DNA from: Macrostomum lignano
Taxonomy: Eukaryota
Direction: 5' to 3'
DNA: 30,526 nt
NCBI GenBank assembly: GCA_002269645.1
Contig: NIVC01000951.1
Span: 1 to 30,526 of the forward strand
Under the pieces are notes generated by a model. That model ran no database searches, was not told the DNA's origin, and saw only the letters and a list, made by a program, of their open reading frames with translations. How positions within the stretch are numbered: the first letter of the stretch is position 1; each line of letters begins with the position of its first letter. The position numbers and the translations under genes were made by a program. Positions 11,841 to 23,011 of this stretch are shown piece after piece.

Positions 11841-13588
11841 GTGCTGTGGTCTGTCTGTCCTGTATGGTACATTAATGGTGCTGTGGCTGTCTGGTCTGTC
11901 CTGTATTGTCCTTTAATGGTGCTGTGGCTGTCTGTTGGTCTGTTCTGTATTGTCCTTTAATGGTGCTGTGGCTGTCTGTTGGTCTGTTCTGTATTGTCCT
12001 TTAATGGTGCTGTGGCTGTCTGTTGGTCTGTTCTGTATTGTCCTTTAATGGTGCTGTGGCTGTCTGTTGGTCTGTTCTGTATTGTCCTTTAATGGTGCTG
12101 TGGCTGTCTGTTGGTCTGTTCTGTATTGTCCTTTAATGGTGCTGTGGCTGTCTGTTGGTCTGTTCTGTATTGTCCTTTAATGGTGCTGTGGCTGTCTGTT
12201 GGTCTGTTCTGTATTGTCCTTTAATGGTGCTGTGGCTGTCTGTTGGTCTGTTCTGTATTGTCCTTTAATGGTGCTGTGGCTGTCTGTTGGTCTGTTCTGT
12301 ATTGTCCTTTAATGGTGCTGTGGCTGTCTGTTGGTCTGTTCTGTATTGTCCTTTAATGGTGCTGTGGCTGTCTGTTGGTCTGTTCTGTATTGTCCTTTAA
12401 TGGTGCTGTGGCTGTCTGTTGGTCTGTTCTGTATTGTCCTTTAATGGTGCTGTGGCTGTCTGTTGGTCTGTTCTGTATTGTCCTTTAATGGTGCTGTGGC
12501 TGTCTGTTGGTCTGTTCTGTATTGTCCTTTAATGGTGCTGTGGCTGTCTGTTGGTCTGTTCTGTATTGTCCTTTAATGGTGCTGTGGCTGTCTGTTGGTC
12601 TGTTCTGTATTGTCCTTTAATGGTGCTGTGGCTGTCTGTTGGTCTGTTCTGTATTGTCCTTTAATGGTGCTGTGGCTGTCTGTTGGTCTGTTCTGTATTG
12701 TCCTTTAATGGTGCTGTGGCTGTCTGTTGGTCTGTTCTGTATTGTCCTTTAATGGTGCTGTGGCTGTCTGTTGGTCTGTTCTGTATTGTCCTTTAATGGT
12801 GCTGTGGCTGTCTGTTGGTCTGTTCTGTATTGTCCTTTAATGGTGCTGTGGCTGTCTGTTGGTCTGTCCTGTATTGTCCTTTAATGGTGCTGTGGCTGTC
12901 TGTTGGTCTGTTCTGTATTGTCCTTTAATGGTGCTGTGGCTGTCTGTTGGTCTGTTCTGTATTGTCCTTTAATGGTGCTGTGGCTGTCTGTTGGTCTGTT
13001 CTGTATTGTCCTTTAATGGTGCTGTGGCTGTCTGTTGGTCTGTTCTGTATTGTCCTTTAATGGTGCTGTGGCTGTCTGTTGGTCTGTTCTGTATTGTCCT
13101 TTAATGGTGCTGTGGCTGTCTGTTGGTCTGTTCTGTATTGTCCTTTAATGGTGCTGTGGCTGTCTGTTGGTCTGTCCTGTATTGTCCTTTAATGGTGCTG
13201 TGGCTGTCTGTTGGTCTGTTCTGTATTGTCCTTTAATGGTGCTGTGGCTGTCTGTTGGTCTGTTCTGTATTGTCCTTTAATGGTGCTGTGGCTGTCTGTT
13301 GGTCTGTTCTGTATTGTCCTTTAATGGTGCTGTGGCTGTCTGTTGGTCTGTCCTGTATTGTCCTTTAATGGTGCTGTGGCTGTCTGTTGGTCTGTTCTGT
13401 ATTGTCCTTTAATGGTGCTGTGGCTGTCTGTTGGTCTGTTCTGTATTGTCCTTTAATGGTGCTGTGGCTGTCTGTTGGTCTGTTCTGTATTGTCCTTTAA
13501 TGGTGCTGTGGCTGTCTGTTGGTCTGTTCTGTATTGTCCTTTAATGGTGCTGTGGCTGTCTGTTGGTCTGTTCTGTATTGTACATTAG
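11841..13588. repeat. 44-bp tandem array, about 40 copies, highly homogeneous
   Basis: Unit GGTGCTGTGGCTGTCTGTTGGTCTGTTCTGTATTGTCCTTTAAT. Lines 12001 and 12661 are identical and line 13321 keeps the same register (660 = 15 x 44). A T>C variant occurs near 12868, 13176 and 13352. The first two units are shorter. Confidence 0.98.
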
Positions 13589-14501
13589 TTGATTCTTGCC
13601 TATTTAAACACATTGATGAGACACGAAGTATAACGTTTTACAGCACAAAATTCCCAAAAACTACCAGATTAGAGACTGACAGGCAAGCAAAGTGCTGAAG
13701 AAATTTCCACTGTTTCCATATATTTTCTTCTTTTTTATGAAATACTTGTGAATGCAACTCAAGCGAAAAACACTGGCTTTATAGTTACGAGCGTACGAGC
13801 TATAATTCAGAAGTTCAGAAGGTAAGGTGTTGTGAATTTAGCACTAAGAACTGAAAACTTTCAATTTTGCATGATTTGCAAGATTAGCGCCCATCTGCTT
13901 TACGCTCGAGTTGTCAATGGTTTGCCGCCCACCTATCGAAGTGCTCACACGCGTCAGGTTATCCTCGAACAGGCGAACAGTATACATAAACTTGCGTATA
14001 TGAAAGTAGAAAACATTTAAAATTGTTGTGAATTGAAGTTAAAAGGTACAATTCAAAGGTAAAAAGGAACAGCAGAAGCATGCAATTTTAATAATCGCAG
14101 CAAGGGCCTCAGGTGCAGAACTATTGGATATAGTTCACATTCTAGGTAATGTATTCAATATTAAATAGACAGCATCTGCACGCAAACAATAATTAGATAA
14201 ATTTCTAATAAATCATGCCAGCAGAGCTGCAGAGGCAGTAAAATATGGTCTCGCAAAGGTTACGCAAAGGTCAAAGCAATTTTTTTTACTTGAGTTTTCT
14301 CTTACATACCGGCTTTTTAGGATTATTGAGTAGCATCGTGCTCATTTGGATTCTAACCGAAACGTTCAAGTTTGTTTTAAAAACGTTAAACATTTTATTG
14401 ACACTACAAAGCGCATATAGTGAGCCATGCGCACTTTTGGAGATAGAAAAATTAGAACTGCGAGTAATCGAATCAACTCTATGATATGCTGCATGACGAT
14501 G

Positions 14502-16223
14502 CTAACTTTGAAACCAAAGACGCAAAGCTGTAGGAACGGCGGCGGACAAAATGGGAGAAACATACTTTGTGAAAAAGTTGGAAGAATCCTCTGCCGCCTT
14601 CCTGTATTTTTCCTGTGCAACCTTCATTTGCCGCATAAACTCCTCCATCATCTCCTGCTGCTGCTGCATCGCCTCCTCTTTATTCTGCTTCAGCTTACTC
14701 ATCAACTTCCGGTTTTTCTCCGCCATCTCCACGGTTCGCTTCATCATCTTTTCATTCTGCTTTTCCAATTCCTTTTGCGCAGTCGAGTGCTTAACCAGCA
14801 TCTCCTCCATTTGCTCTCTTGTAATCGCCGAGCGTTGAATCTCAGCAACTTTGTCAGCGAACTCCTTCTCCATCTCGCACATTCGTTGTGCAGCTGCCAG
14901 GCTCTCGTCCTGCATGCGCTTTATGTGGTCCATCAGCATGCGGCTCTTCGTCTCGGCCTCGATCTTGTCCGACTTCAGCTGGTTCAGCATCTGCTGCTGC
15001 TGGAACAGTCCTCGGAGCTCAGCTTCGAGCTTCATCCTGGTTTGAGCAGTGTCTTTCGATCCTCTCTCCATGCAGTTGTCATCGAAGTGCTGCATCGCCT
15101 GCTCAAACATCGTACTGAGTAGGTCGCTCAGCTCCTGGTCGCTGATGGCTGTCGGACCCGAAAGTGAGCCCATCGAATCTTCGAAGAATTTCACTGCGTC
15201 CCGCGAAGCAGATTGATTGGCCATCTCGACGGTGGCGGTGAAGATTCTCTTCGGAGTCGGCAGCTTGCCAAGGCGGAAGGCATCGAAGTAAACTTCAATA
15301 AGTGAGAAAAACTCTCGACCAGTGAGCACCTTGCCGTTCAGCTTCTTGACCACAAGATTTTCGGGCGCCAAAATACGGCGGACAAAGCAATCCAGGTGCT
15401 CGACAAAGTCGCTATCGAGCCTGTCAACTTGACCCTTGAAATCCGCTCGCGTGACTGCTTTTCCAGGATACGGCAGCAGGAAGCTGGACGCCGCCTCGAA
15501 CTGCCGCTTGATGCCTTGTCTCAGCGCCTGGTTCTCTGGAGGCTTCTTTTCATCACACGCAAGAACGTTTTTAAGGTAGTCTTCTCCGCCATTAGCTCCG
15601 TAATCATACTCGTCTGGATTCTGCCAGTCTCTGATGAGGAACCACAGATGTTGGAGAACTTTCTCTGCAGAGTTCTTCGCCATCGAAGCGAACTCAATAA
15701 ATAGTCGAAGGTGCTGCAGATCCGTCTCCTGGATGTTCTGCGAGATGTTGAAGATCTGAACTGAGCTCATCAGTGTGCTGAAGGCAAAGATGGTGGTGCA
15801 GTCCTGCTGGGTCGATTGGTGATCAAATGTGCCCTGAGTGTCCATGAGCAGCACGGCCACCTCTTGTCCGTCGGGCTTGCGGATGAAGAACGGCTCGGAC
15901 CAGATGAGGATCCCGGTGGTGTCTCTCTCGCTCCCGGCTCTCCAGTGGAATCCGTCGTCTAGCTGGTCCTCAGATAGAATCCAGTCACGAGTGTCACCTC
16001 GACTGAGAGCTCGGAGGTATCTCAGGAAGAAGTTGAGCAGAAAAGACTTGCCCTTGCGGAAGGCTCCAGCCACGCTGATGACGGCGACAGGCGATTTGGC
16101 AAGTCTTTCCGGTGAGTCAATGAGTTCAGCGAAGTCGCGGTTAAATTGAAATCGATCCTGTTCATCATCCCACTGCTGGCCTTCAACGACCGGCTTCGTC
16201 ACTTGGAGGGGTCTTCCTGGCAT
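14502..16223 (-). CDS. Atlastin-like/GBP-like large GTPase, copy 3, intact, about 573 aa, amphipathic/hydrophobic tail, no CaaX
   Basis: Uninterrupted ORF with the same G1-G3, RD and LLPYPG motifs. It ends SSNFFTKYVSPILSAAVPTALRLWFQS*. An upstream in-frame ATG exists at 16265, but ATG 16223 (MPGRPLQV) fits the paralogue N-termini and directly follows a splice-acceptor-like TATTTTCAG. Confidence 0.92.
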   Translation of the reverse strand: MPGRPLQVTKPVVEGQQWDDEQDRFQFNRDFAELIDSPERLAKSPVAVISVAGAFRKGKSFLLNFFLRYLRALSRGDTRDWILSEDQLDDGFHWRAGSERDTTGILIWSEPFFIRKPDGQEVAVLLMDTQGTFDHQSTQQDCTTIFAFSTLMSSVQIFNISQNIQETDLQHLRLFIEFASMAKNSAEKVLQHLWFLIRDWQNPDEYDYGANGGEDYLKNVLACDEKKPPENQALRQGIKRQFEAASSFLLPYPGKAVTRADFKGQVDRLDSDFVEHLDCFVRRILAPENLVVKKLNGKVLTGREFFSLIEVYFDAFRLGKLPTPKRIFTATVEMANQSASRDAVKFFEDSMGSLSGPTAISDQELSDLLSTMFEQAMQHFDDNCMERGSKDTAQTRMKLEAELRGLFQQQQMLNQLKSDKIEAETKSRMLMDHIKRMQDESLAAAQRMCEMEKEFADKVAEIQRSAITREQMEEMLVKHSTAQKELEKQNEKMMKRTVEMAEKNRKLMSKLKQNKEEAMQQQQEMMEEFMRQMKVAQEKYRKAAEDSSNFFTKYVSPILSAAVPTALRLWFQS

Positions 16224-17028
16224 TTCTGAAAATAGATTGCATAAGAATTTCGATCTTAGTCTCATCTGTCATAGCTCGCACAAAATATCTTGCAGTTGTG
16301 GTGTTATCGAATAGGAAATACTTTTCATCACCTTACGAGCTAGAATAGGAAAATTAAAGTACATTTCTGGAATCGTCGAATCAGCATGTGTCAGCTCCTT
16401 CGTAACTGTAATATACTCAGCAACATTTAAAAGTCGTCATCACAGAAGATTCAGTCTGTGGTCGCCACTTTTGAGAATGCAGGTAAAGTCTCTCAATCTT
16501 TGCCGCAACTTAGCTACACCGCGGCAGACTTGAGTTGAGGAATAAAGTGGGGGAGAGGTCGCGGGTTGGACGGATTAAAGCTACCCCGATCAGTTTTTTC
16601 GTATATTTGTTTTCAAAATAGTCCAAGAGAAATTGCTCACTGGCGCATAGAATGGCGACTTTTCAATGTTGCTGAGTGTATGTGTTTATTTTTCAGCACT
16701 TTTTCGCCACCACTTCTGACGTCAGGAACTGATTGTTGTTAATAACGAGTATGAATTCTTGCGATATATTTGTAGAATAGCCAAAGTTACTTAAACGAGT
16801 TATTGATAGTTAAATTAGCTATCTAACGTTGCAGTTACGCTAAAGTTAGTCTAACGAGTTAAAAATCGAGAGCAAAAGCTTGAATAATATTGAATTTCAC
16901 TGATGAACACTGGCAAAGTAAGTGGAGAGAGTACGAAATGGTAGAGACTTAAGGAGCGATGCAAGGCTAGCTGATGAGAGCATGAGAGCATGAGAGCATG
17001 ATGAAAAATCACGCTCACGTGTCATTAC

Positions 17029-17657
17029 TCCCCTGGTGCCACCTGTTGAAGGTGCCGACGGCGTCGGGGTGATGACGGAATGCTTGACTGACTAGCTGAG
17101 GATGTCCAGCAGTTGATTTTTGCCCAATATTGAAGCTTGATCAGAAAAACCTGACATATTTGCAATAGGATGTTCATAGTCACCTGTTGTAATCTGTTGA
17201 AAGAGCCGACGGCGTCCGGATGATGACGGAATGCTTGAGAGACTAGCTGAGGATGTTCAGCAGTTGAGGCTTGCCCACTGTCGAGGCTTGATCGGTGAAA
17301 CTCGAGAAGTTCGCATCAAGGTGTTCATAGTCACCTGGTGCCACCTGTTGAAGGTGCCGACGGCGTCGGGATGATGACGAAATGCTTGAGAGACTAGCTG
17401 AGGGTGTCCGGCAGTTGAGGCTTGCCTACTGTCGAGGCTTGATCGGTGAAACTCGAGAAGTTCGCATCAAGGTGTTCATAGTCGCCTGGTGTCATCTGTT
17501 GAAGGTGCCGACGGCGTCGGGGTGATGATGGAAGGCTCGAGAGACTAGCTGAGGATACCTAGCAGTTGAGGTATGCCCACTGTCGAGGCTTGATCAGCGA
17601 AACTCGAGAAATTCGTATCAGAGTGTCCATAGTCACTTGGTGCCACCTGTTGAAGGT
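17029..17657. repeat. 151-bp tandem repeat, 4 full units plus a partial unit
   Basis: Equivalent TC(A/G/C)C(C/T)TG positions fall at 17029, 17180, 17331, 17482 and 17633, an exact period of 151. Units share CTGTTGAAGGTGCCGACGGCGTC, GACTAGCTGAGG and GCTTGATC. Confidence 0.9.
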
Positions 17658-18055
17658 CCAGAAGCTCCGCCTGGGTGAAGGCTAGTGACCAACGAAGTCA
17701 GAGCTGATGCAGACACATGTGGTCGACGTGCTGATGAAATTTGGAGGCATTGCAAGGCTGCGCTGAGGCGCAGTGCTGATTGGCGCACAGGGGTGTACTG
17801 AATACACTAGCGCTTATGGGAAAAATCCGACCTTCTGGAAGAATCGTCGAATATCTCGACGGTCCGGATGGCTGGCGACTTGATTCTTGTTTGAGAAGGT
17901 GCGCAACAAAAAGTCAGCCCATGTTCTTGAATTTCGTATGCCTGCGTTGCTCCGTTCCGGCGCAGCAAAAAAAATTGTCAGGGGGGGGGGGAATTTTCCC
18001 CCCCCCCTTGGTAGTTCGACGGGCGGAAAAATGGCTTGGCATTCCTACTGTTAAG
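17350..18055 (+). repeat. Direct duplication, copy A (two 151-bp units + unique 130 bp + CAGGGG-starting segment B)
   Basis: It aligns with scattered substitutions to 18801-19861 once the SINE is removed. Segment B runs from 17788 to about 18055. Confidence 0.88.
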
Positions 18056-18617
18056 CAAACAAACCCCGCACCGTTACCCAGCTCACAACCAACCAACCGT
18101 CACTTCAACAAGTCATACTATGGCTGCTATCGGAAAGAAGAGGACGCAATCATTCTGCCACAAGCAGAACAGGACAGGTCCATTTGTAGAGAGCCGTTAG
18201 TCATACCCTAATGCACTACTTAAAGTAACATCTAATAAAACCAATTTAAACTCGCAATCTGTTTTTAAATGAGTTATTATGAGTCATATCTATTTTTAAA
18301 ATATCTATTTTTAGAATGAGTCATGTGTAAACAGTAGTGACTCAGAACCCTACGTAGGACCAACGTTTATTTGCAAGGAACCGGTTCTCAGATGTTGTAT
18401 TTGCTTAATTCCATATACGGTAATAATCAAACATTCATGACCCCTTAATCAAACGCGCATGACATAAGCAAAAATCTGAGTAAAAAATCAGACTCGGAGC
18501 AGTCTCAAGACTGACTTTTGAAGACTTAAAAAAGAAGACCCATCTCTGAGGCACGAAATCCGGACCGATTGATAAGCGTTTCCAGATTTAGCTCTTTGCT
18601 ACTATAGCGCTAACAAG

Positions 18618-18806
18618 TTGATTAACAGTGGAACTACCAGGGGGGGAAATCTCCCTGACAATTTTTTTTGCTGCGCCGGAACGGAGCAACGCAGGCATAC
18701 GAAATTCAAGAACACGGGCTGACTTTTTGTTGCGCACCTTCTCAAACAAGAATCAAGTCGCCAGCTCTCCGGACCGTCGAGATATTCGACGATTCTGCCA
18801 GAAGGT
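18618..18806 (-). repeat. Inverted, truncated copy of segment B (TIR-like arm)
   Basis: Reverse complement of about 17829-18058 with a roughly 30-bp internal deletion. It joins the next 151-bp unit through the shared hexamer GAAGGT at 18801-18806. Confidence 0.88.
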
Positions 18807-19861
18807 GCCGACGGCGTCCGGGTGATGACTGAATGCTTGAGAGACTATCTGAGGCTGTCCCACGGTTTAGGCTTGCCCATTGTCAAGGCTTGATCAGTGA
18901 AACTCGAGAAATTCCTATCAGGCTACTCGTAGTCACCTGGTGTAATCTGTTGAAGGTGCTGACGGCGTCAGGGTGATGATGGAAGGCTTGAGAGACTAGC
19001 TGAGGATTTTTTAGAGGCAGTGGGGTTGGTGCACCCTGGCATAAGCGACTTTAAGCGACATAGGCACACAACCGGCGAGAGGCATTACTGCCCATTGCGC
19101 CGACTCCCCTGAGCACGCGGATACGTACGCAGGCACACACTCACACAGGAGTGTACAGCGGCCCTAACTTTATATTATCGTTAGGCATGTACACTTCACT
19201 GCGCCTTGGGGGTTGGCTCTCAAGGCCGTTAATTGCACGAACAGAGCCAAGCCGAGATTCCAATTCAGCCCCAAATTAATGTGACTGCACTTGGAATCGA
19301 GCCTGGGTCGCTGGCACACCAGAGCAGCTGCGCTACCGCTGGGCTACGGCCCCCCTTGACTAGCTGAGGATACCTAGCAGTTGAGGTTTGCCCACTGTCG
19401 AGGCTTGATCAGCGAAACTCGAGAAATTCGTATCAGGGTGTCCATAGTCACTTGGTGCCACTTGTTGAAGGTCCAGAAGCTCCGCTTGGGTGAAGGCCAG
19501 TGACCAACGAAGTCAGAGCTGATGCAGACACATGTGGTCGACGTGCTGATGAAATTTGGAGGCTTGGCAAGGCTGCACTGAGGTGCAGTGCTGATTGGCG
19601 CACAGGGGTGTACTGAATGCACTAGCGCTTAGGGGAAAAATCCGACCTTCTGGCAGAATCGTCGAACATCTCGACGGTCCGGATGGCTGGCGACTTGATT
19701 CTTGTTTGAGAAGGTGCGCAACAAAAAGTCAGCCCGTGTTCTTGAATTTCGTATGCCTGCGTTGCTACGTTCCGGCGCAGCAAAAAAAATTGTCAGGGGG
19801 ATTTTCCCCCCTCTTGGTAGTTCGACGGGCGGAAAAATGGCTTGGTATTCCTGCTGTTAAG
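18801..19861 (+). repeat. Direct duplication, copy A' (carries the SINE insertion)
   Basis: Two 151-bp units (18801-19472, interrupted by the SINE), the unique segment 19473-19602 and segment B (19603-19861) match copy A. Confidence 0.88.
19008..19357 (-). mobile_element. tRNA-derived SINE, 350 bp, full length
   Basis: Perfect 14-bp TSD GACTAGCTGAGGAT at 18994-19007 and 19358-19371. The empty site is visible in the sister copy near 17543. On the minus strand the 5' end reads GGGGCCGTAGCCCAGCGG (Pol III A box) and GGCTCGATTCC (B box, one mismatch), and the 3' end is a short A tail. Confidence 0.9.
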
Positions 19862-20344
19862 TAAGTTTACGACAGCCGTTTTTGTCGACATATCGTATTA
19901 ATATTCTATCAACTATTATTTTAGCAAAACACATCCGAAACACATTTTGTATACCCTACTGAATCCGACTATAAGTAGTATGAAACGCTTTTTTTACAGT
20001 CCGGAAATCGTTCGCTGTTGGTAAGAAAAAGACGTCTTTTCGATTAAAATACTTTGTACCGCGGTCGTACCCGGGGACCCTGACATGTACGAGTCCGAAC
20101 GACGACTTTTTTACACCGGGATTTAAGAAGGCCTCCTTGTTTCCTAGGATATATTCCTAGAGGATTTATTGACTGATTTAAGTTATCCGTTACGTTTCGG
20201 ATGTAACGAAGAAGACACCCTTCAGGAGGACCTATAGCAGAAACTTAGGGAATTCAATTGTTCATAAGGGCGCACGTTCTGCTGTTAATTCCGAGCTCGA
20301 GGATCGTCAAGACTTCTGATCCGCTCTCGTCTTTGGTCGACCCA

Positions 20345-20710
20345 TGTAAATAATATCAGGAAACGCTAGTCAATATTTTATTGGAGTTGAACACACAAAA
20401 CCAGACAAGAGGGCGCAGGGCCCAAATTCATATATTTATAAGGCATTGACTAAATTAGAGGGGATGGGGGTTGCATCCACGGTAAGAGACCGGGGATGAA
20501 TAATTAGAGCACGAGAGCGGGAGGGGGGTCGAAAAATAATAACAAAAACAAATCAATGTGCAATGGGGAGTGGGTATAAGGCGCGACGAGAAGGCAAAGA
20601 TAGAGATAAGGCGCAGAGAGGCAGCCAATCAGAATTGAAGAGAGATTCAAACATGAGCGAGAAAGGAGCGAGGAAGACAGAACGTGAAACAAATGAAGAA
20701 AGTCGCTACA
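20345..20710 (-). mobile_element. Probable solo LTR, 366 bp
   Basis: Termini are TGTA...TACA (minus strand starts TGTAGCGAC). Flanks ACCCA/GCCCA form a 5-bp TSD with one mismatch. On the minus strand TATAAATA is followed by AATAAA about 30 nt before the end. Confidence 0.55.
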
Positions 20711-22310
20711 GCCCACAGATAAAGTTAAGGGACTCACGGAAGCAACCGCGGTTCACCGAAACCGGTCGCGGTTACCGCTCAACAAGCTAACCAGCCCGAC
20801 AACCTACAAGACTCAGACGTCTACAGACCACCAGAGGATCCGCTGCAGTTATTTGATTTTGTGTATACCTACGAGTAGGCACTTGTTCCCCAGTGTCTTG
20901 GAAGTGGGAGTTCGTGCGTTTAGACTAGACTTAATTATCTCTCTCTCTTTCTCTCTGTTCCATCTCTCTATAGTGTGCTAAATCGAACTCTTTACATTCT
21001 GTTGCTTTTAGGAACGAGCAAAATGGAAAAATTCGTATAGAAAAAAGGTTTGACTCAATGTGGAAATTGTTAGATCTCATTTCCCGTATCCGACAAATTA
21101 CTTTAAGAGAAAACTTAAGCTTTTTCACGTAATCAGGAATGATATTTTACGCTCATCTACTTTTAGTGCGTCCTACAGAGAGTTTCGGCTTTATTTGATG
21201 ACTTTGCCAAACAGTCCCGAAAACTGAAAAAAAACAATTTAAATTTGAGTCTTACCTTGAAGGTGCACTGAGTTGCAGCGAATTCTTGTTAAGAATTAAA
21301 ACTGGTCCGATTTTCGGTGAACAGTGAGCCGCATTTATACCCAGCCGCTTTACTTAGTTCATAACAAGGTACGTACCTGAGCATAACAGCCGAAAAGATT
21401 CTAGATCTTTTTTTGATAAATAGACCAGCCAGAAGAACTTTTCAGTCAGCTTTTCTGCCCTCCTTTCCTCTCCCTATGCGAGATCCCTATTCTAACTGCT
21501 TCCTGCACGCAGTGCATAAAGTTTCGGCCGGCTTTTGGGGTGGTGTTTATTTTTCGCATTTCTACTGGGGTTTTAGAGTTCTTATCTACATAATACTCGA
21601 TTATTTTAGTTTAATTTTCACGCGGCAGCGCATGAAAATATTCCGTGACTTCACAATTTATCAGCTCGCTTTTGCTGTCTCGTGTTGTGAAAAGTCTCCA
21701 TGGCAACCCATGATTGCCATGCTTTCATTTAGATAACGCGCGGCTTCTGAATGCATTAACGGACGAGTTCAAGGCCGAACTGTAGCAGCCAATGTCCTGC
21801 ACTGAATTCCTTATCCACAAACGCACGAGGGTTTAGGGTCGTTAGGAACGATTCTAGAACGATTCTAGTCGCACTCGTGCTTTTGCCAATGACGCACGAG
21901 TTTTCGTTAGCTATAGTTGGCCTAAACGTGTTGAATTGAAACGGGGTGAAACGCACGGCAGCCCGCGCCCGTTGCAATTTTCTATAGCCAACATCAATAA
22001 ATAGAAAACTTAATATGCATATAATAAGCATTTCAAGTTAATGTTTTTACAACTTGTATATTTCAAATGTAAAGCTTAGTACCATAGACAACAGTATAAA
22101 TTATAATTACATAGAACTTTAGCCGGCGATTAGTATGTAAATACGAACTATGGCAATTCCAACCACGAAGGAAAGAATAGAATGGAGTGCTAATCTGAGC
22201 CAGTTATTTTTGTCTCGCTCGACCTAATGGTTGTTTCGCTCATTCCTGCCCTCAAATCCATAGACAGAACTGTGTTGTCTCATCATTTCGAGGGCGCCAC
22301 TAAGCACTAA

Positions 22311-22389
22311 CCATAGACGAAACTAGCGGGCACGGAATTCATTCCTGCCCGCGTTTAAAATCTTTCCTGCCCGCCACTTTAGTCTGTGG
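22311..22389. mobile_element. Small palindromic non-autonomous element with CCATAGAC...GTCTGTGG ends
   Basis: Terminal 8-mers are inverted with one mismatch. Internal GCGGGCA(C)GGAA is inverted against two TTCCTGCCCGC copies. Confidence 0.45.
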
Positions 22390-22392
22390 TAA

Positions 22393-22821
22393 TATTGGTT
22401 TTTGCGAGCTATCTCAGCCAAGGAGCAAGCAAACTCATCCATCCCATAGATTTCAATACGACGAAGGAGGTGGTTTGAACCATGACTATCACGTTTTTTC
22501 AACCAAACTCATCCAACGGGCGAGCATTCTCAGCCATAGCTTGTCTGCCCATTCATTTCCTCTTCCCTTCTTTCTTTCCTCCTCCTCCGATGGCTCAGTT
22601 GTGTTCTGATGTGCTGCTCTATCATAAAGTCTCTTATATACGAACCAATTAAATTTTTCGCTTAATAAACAAGCTATGGCTGAGATAGCTCGCCCGTTGG
22701 ATGAGTTTGGTTGAAAAAACGTGATAGTCTATGGTTCAAACAACCTCCTTCATCGTATTGAAATCTATGGGATGGATGACTTTGCTTGCTCCTTGGCTGA
22801 GATAGCTCGCAAAAACCAATA
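22393..22821. mobile_element. Foldback/MITE-like element: about 152-bp near-perfect inverted arms with a 124-bp spacer
   Basis: 22393-22544 is the reverse complement of 22669-22821 with only a few mismatches or indels. Each arm repeats GCGAGC..CTCAGCCA and CAAACTCATCCA twice. No clear TSD. Confidence 0.85.
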
Positions 22822-23011
22822 CTCAGGCTTTTTAAATTGTATTTTTGCAACAGCTGAGAGAATCCTGAAGAAAAGAGCGAATATATATATGGAAGTCAAC
22901 AAGCACGACAACTTATTGAGCACGAGGCATGATCAATTTGCAAAGAATCGCCACTGGTGATATTAGTGGCTTGGATAGTCCTGAATTGGAATTCATGTCC
23001 AAACTGCGTCC

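Noticed and set aside
11841-13588. 44-bp and 35-bp arrays as CRISPR arrays
   Set aside because: Units abut directly with no unique spacers, no cas genes are present, and the context is eukaryotic.
17225-17320. Hammerhead ribozyme in the 151-bp unit (CTGAGGA ... GAAACT-loop-AGTT)
   Set aside because: The core words and a 3-bp stem III are present, but stems I and II do not pair. An Infernal search would settle it.
17780-19864. Duplicated ORFs MAHRGVLN... (17780-18211 and 19595-19864) as genes
   Set aside because: They start at TTG, lie within repeat B, run through variable G/C homopolymers and show no recognisable domain.
21756-22031. Minus-strand 91-aa ORF and adjoining GC-richer sequence as a decayed gene
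   Set aside because: No motif was recognised, and there are stops in all frames downstream.
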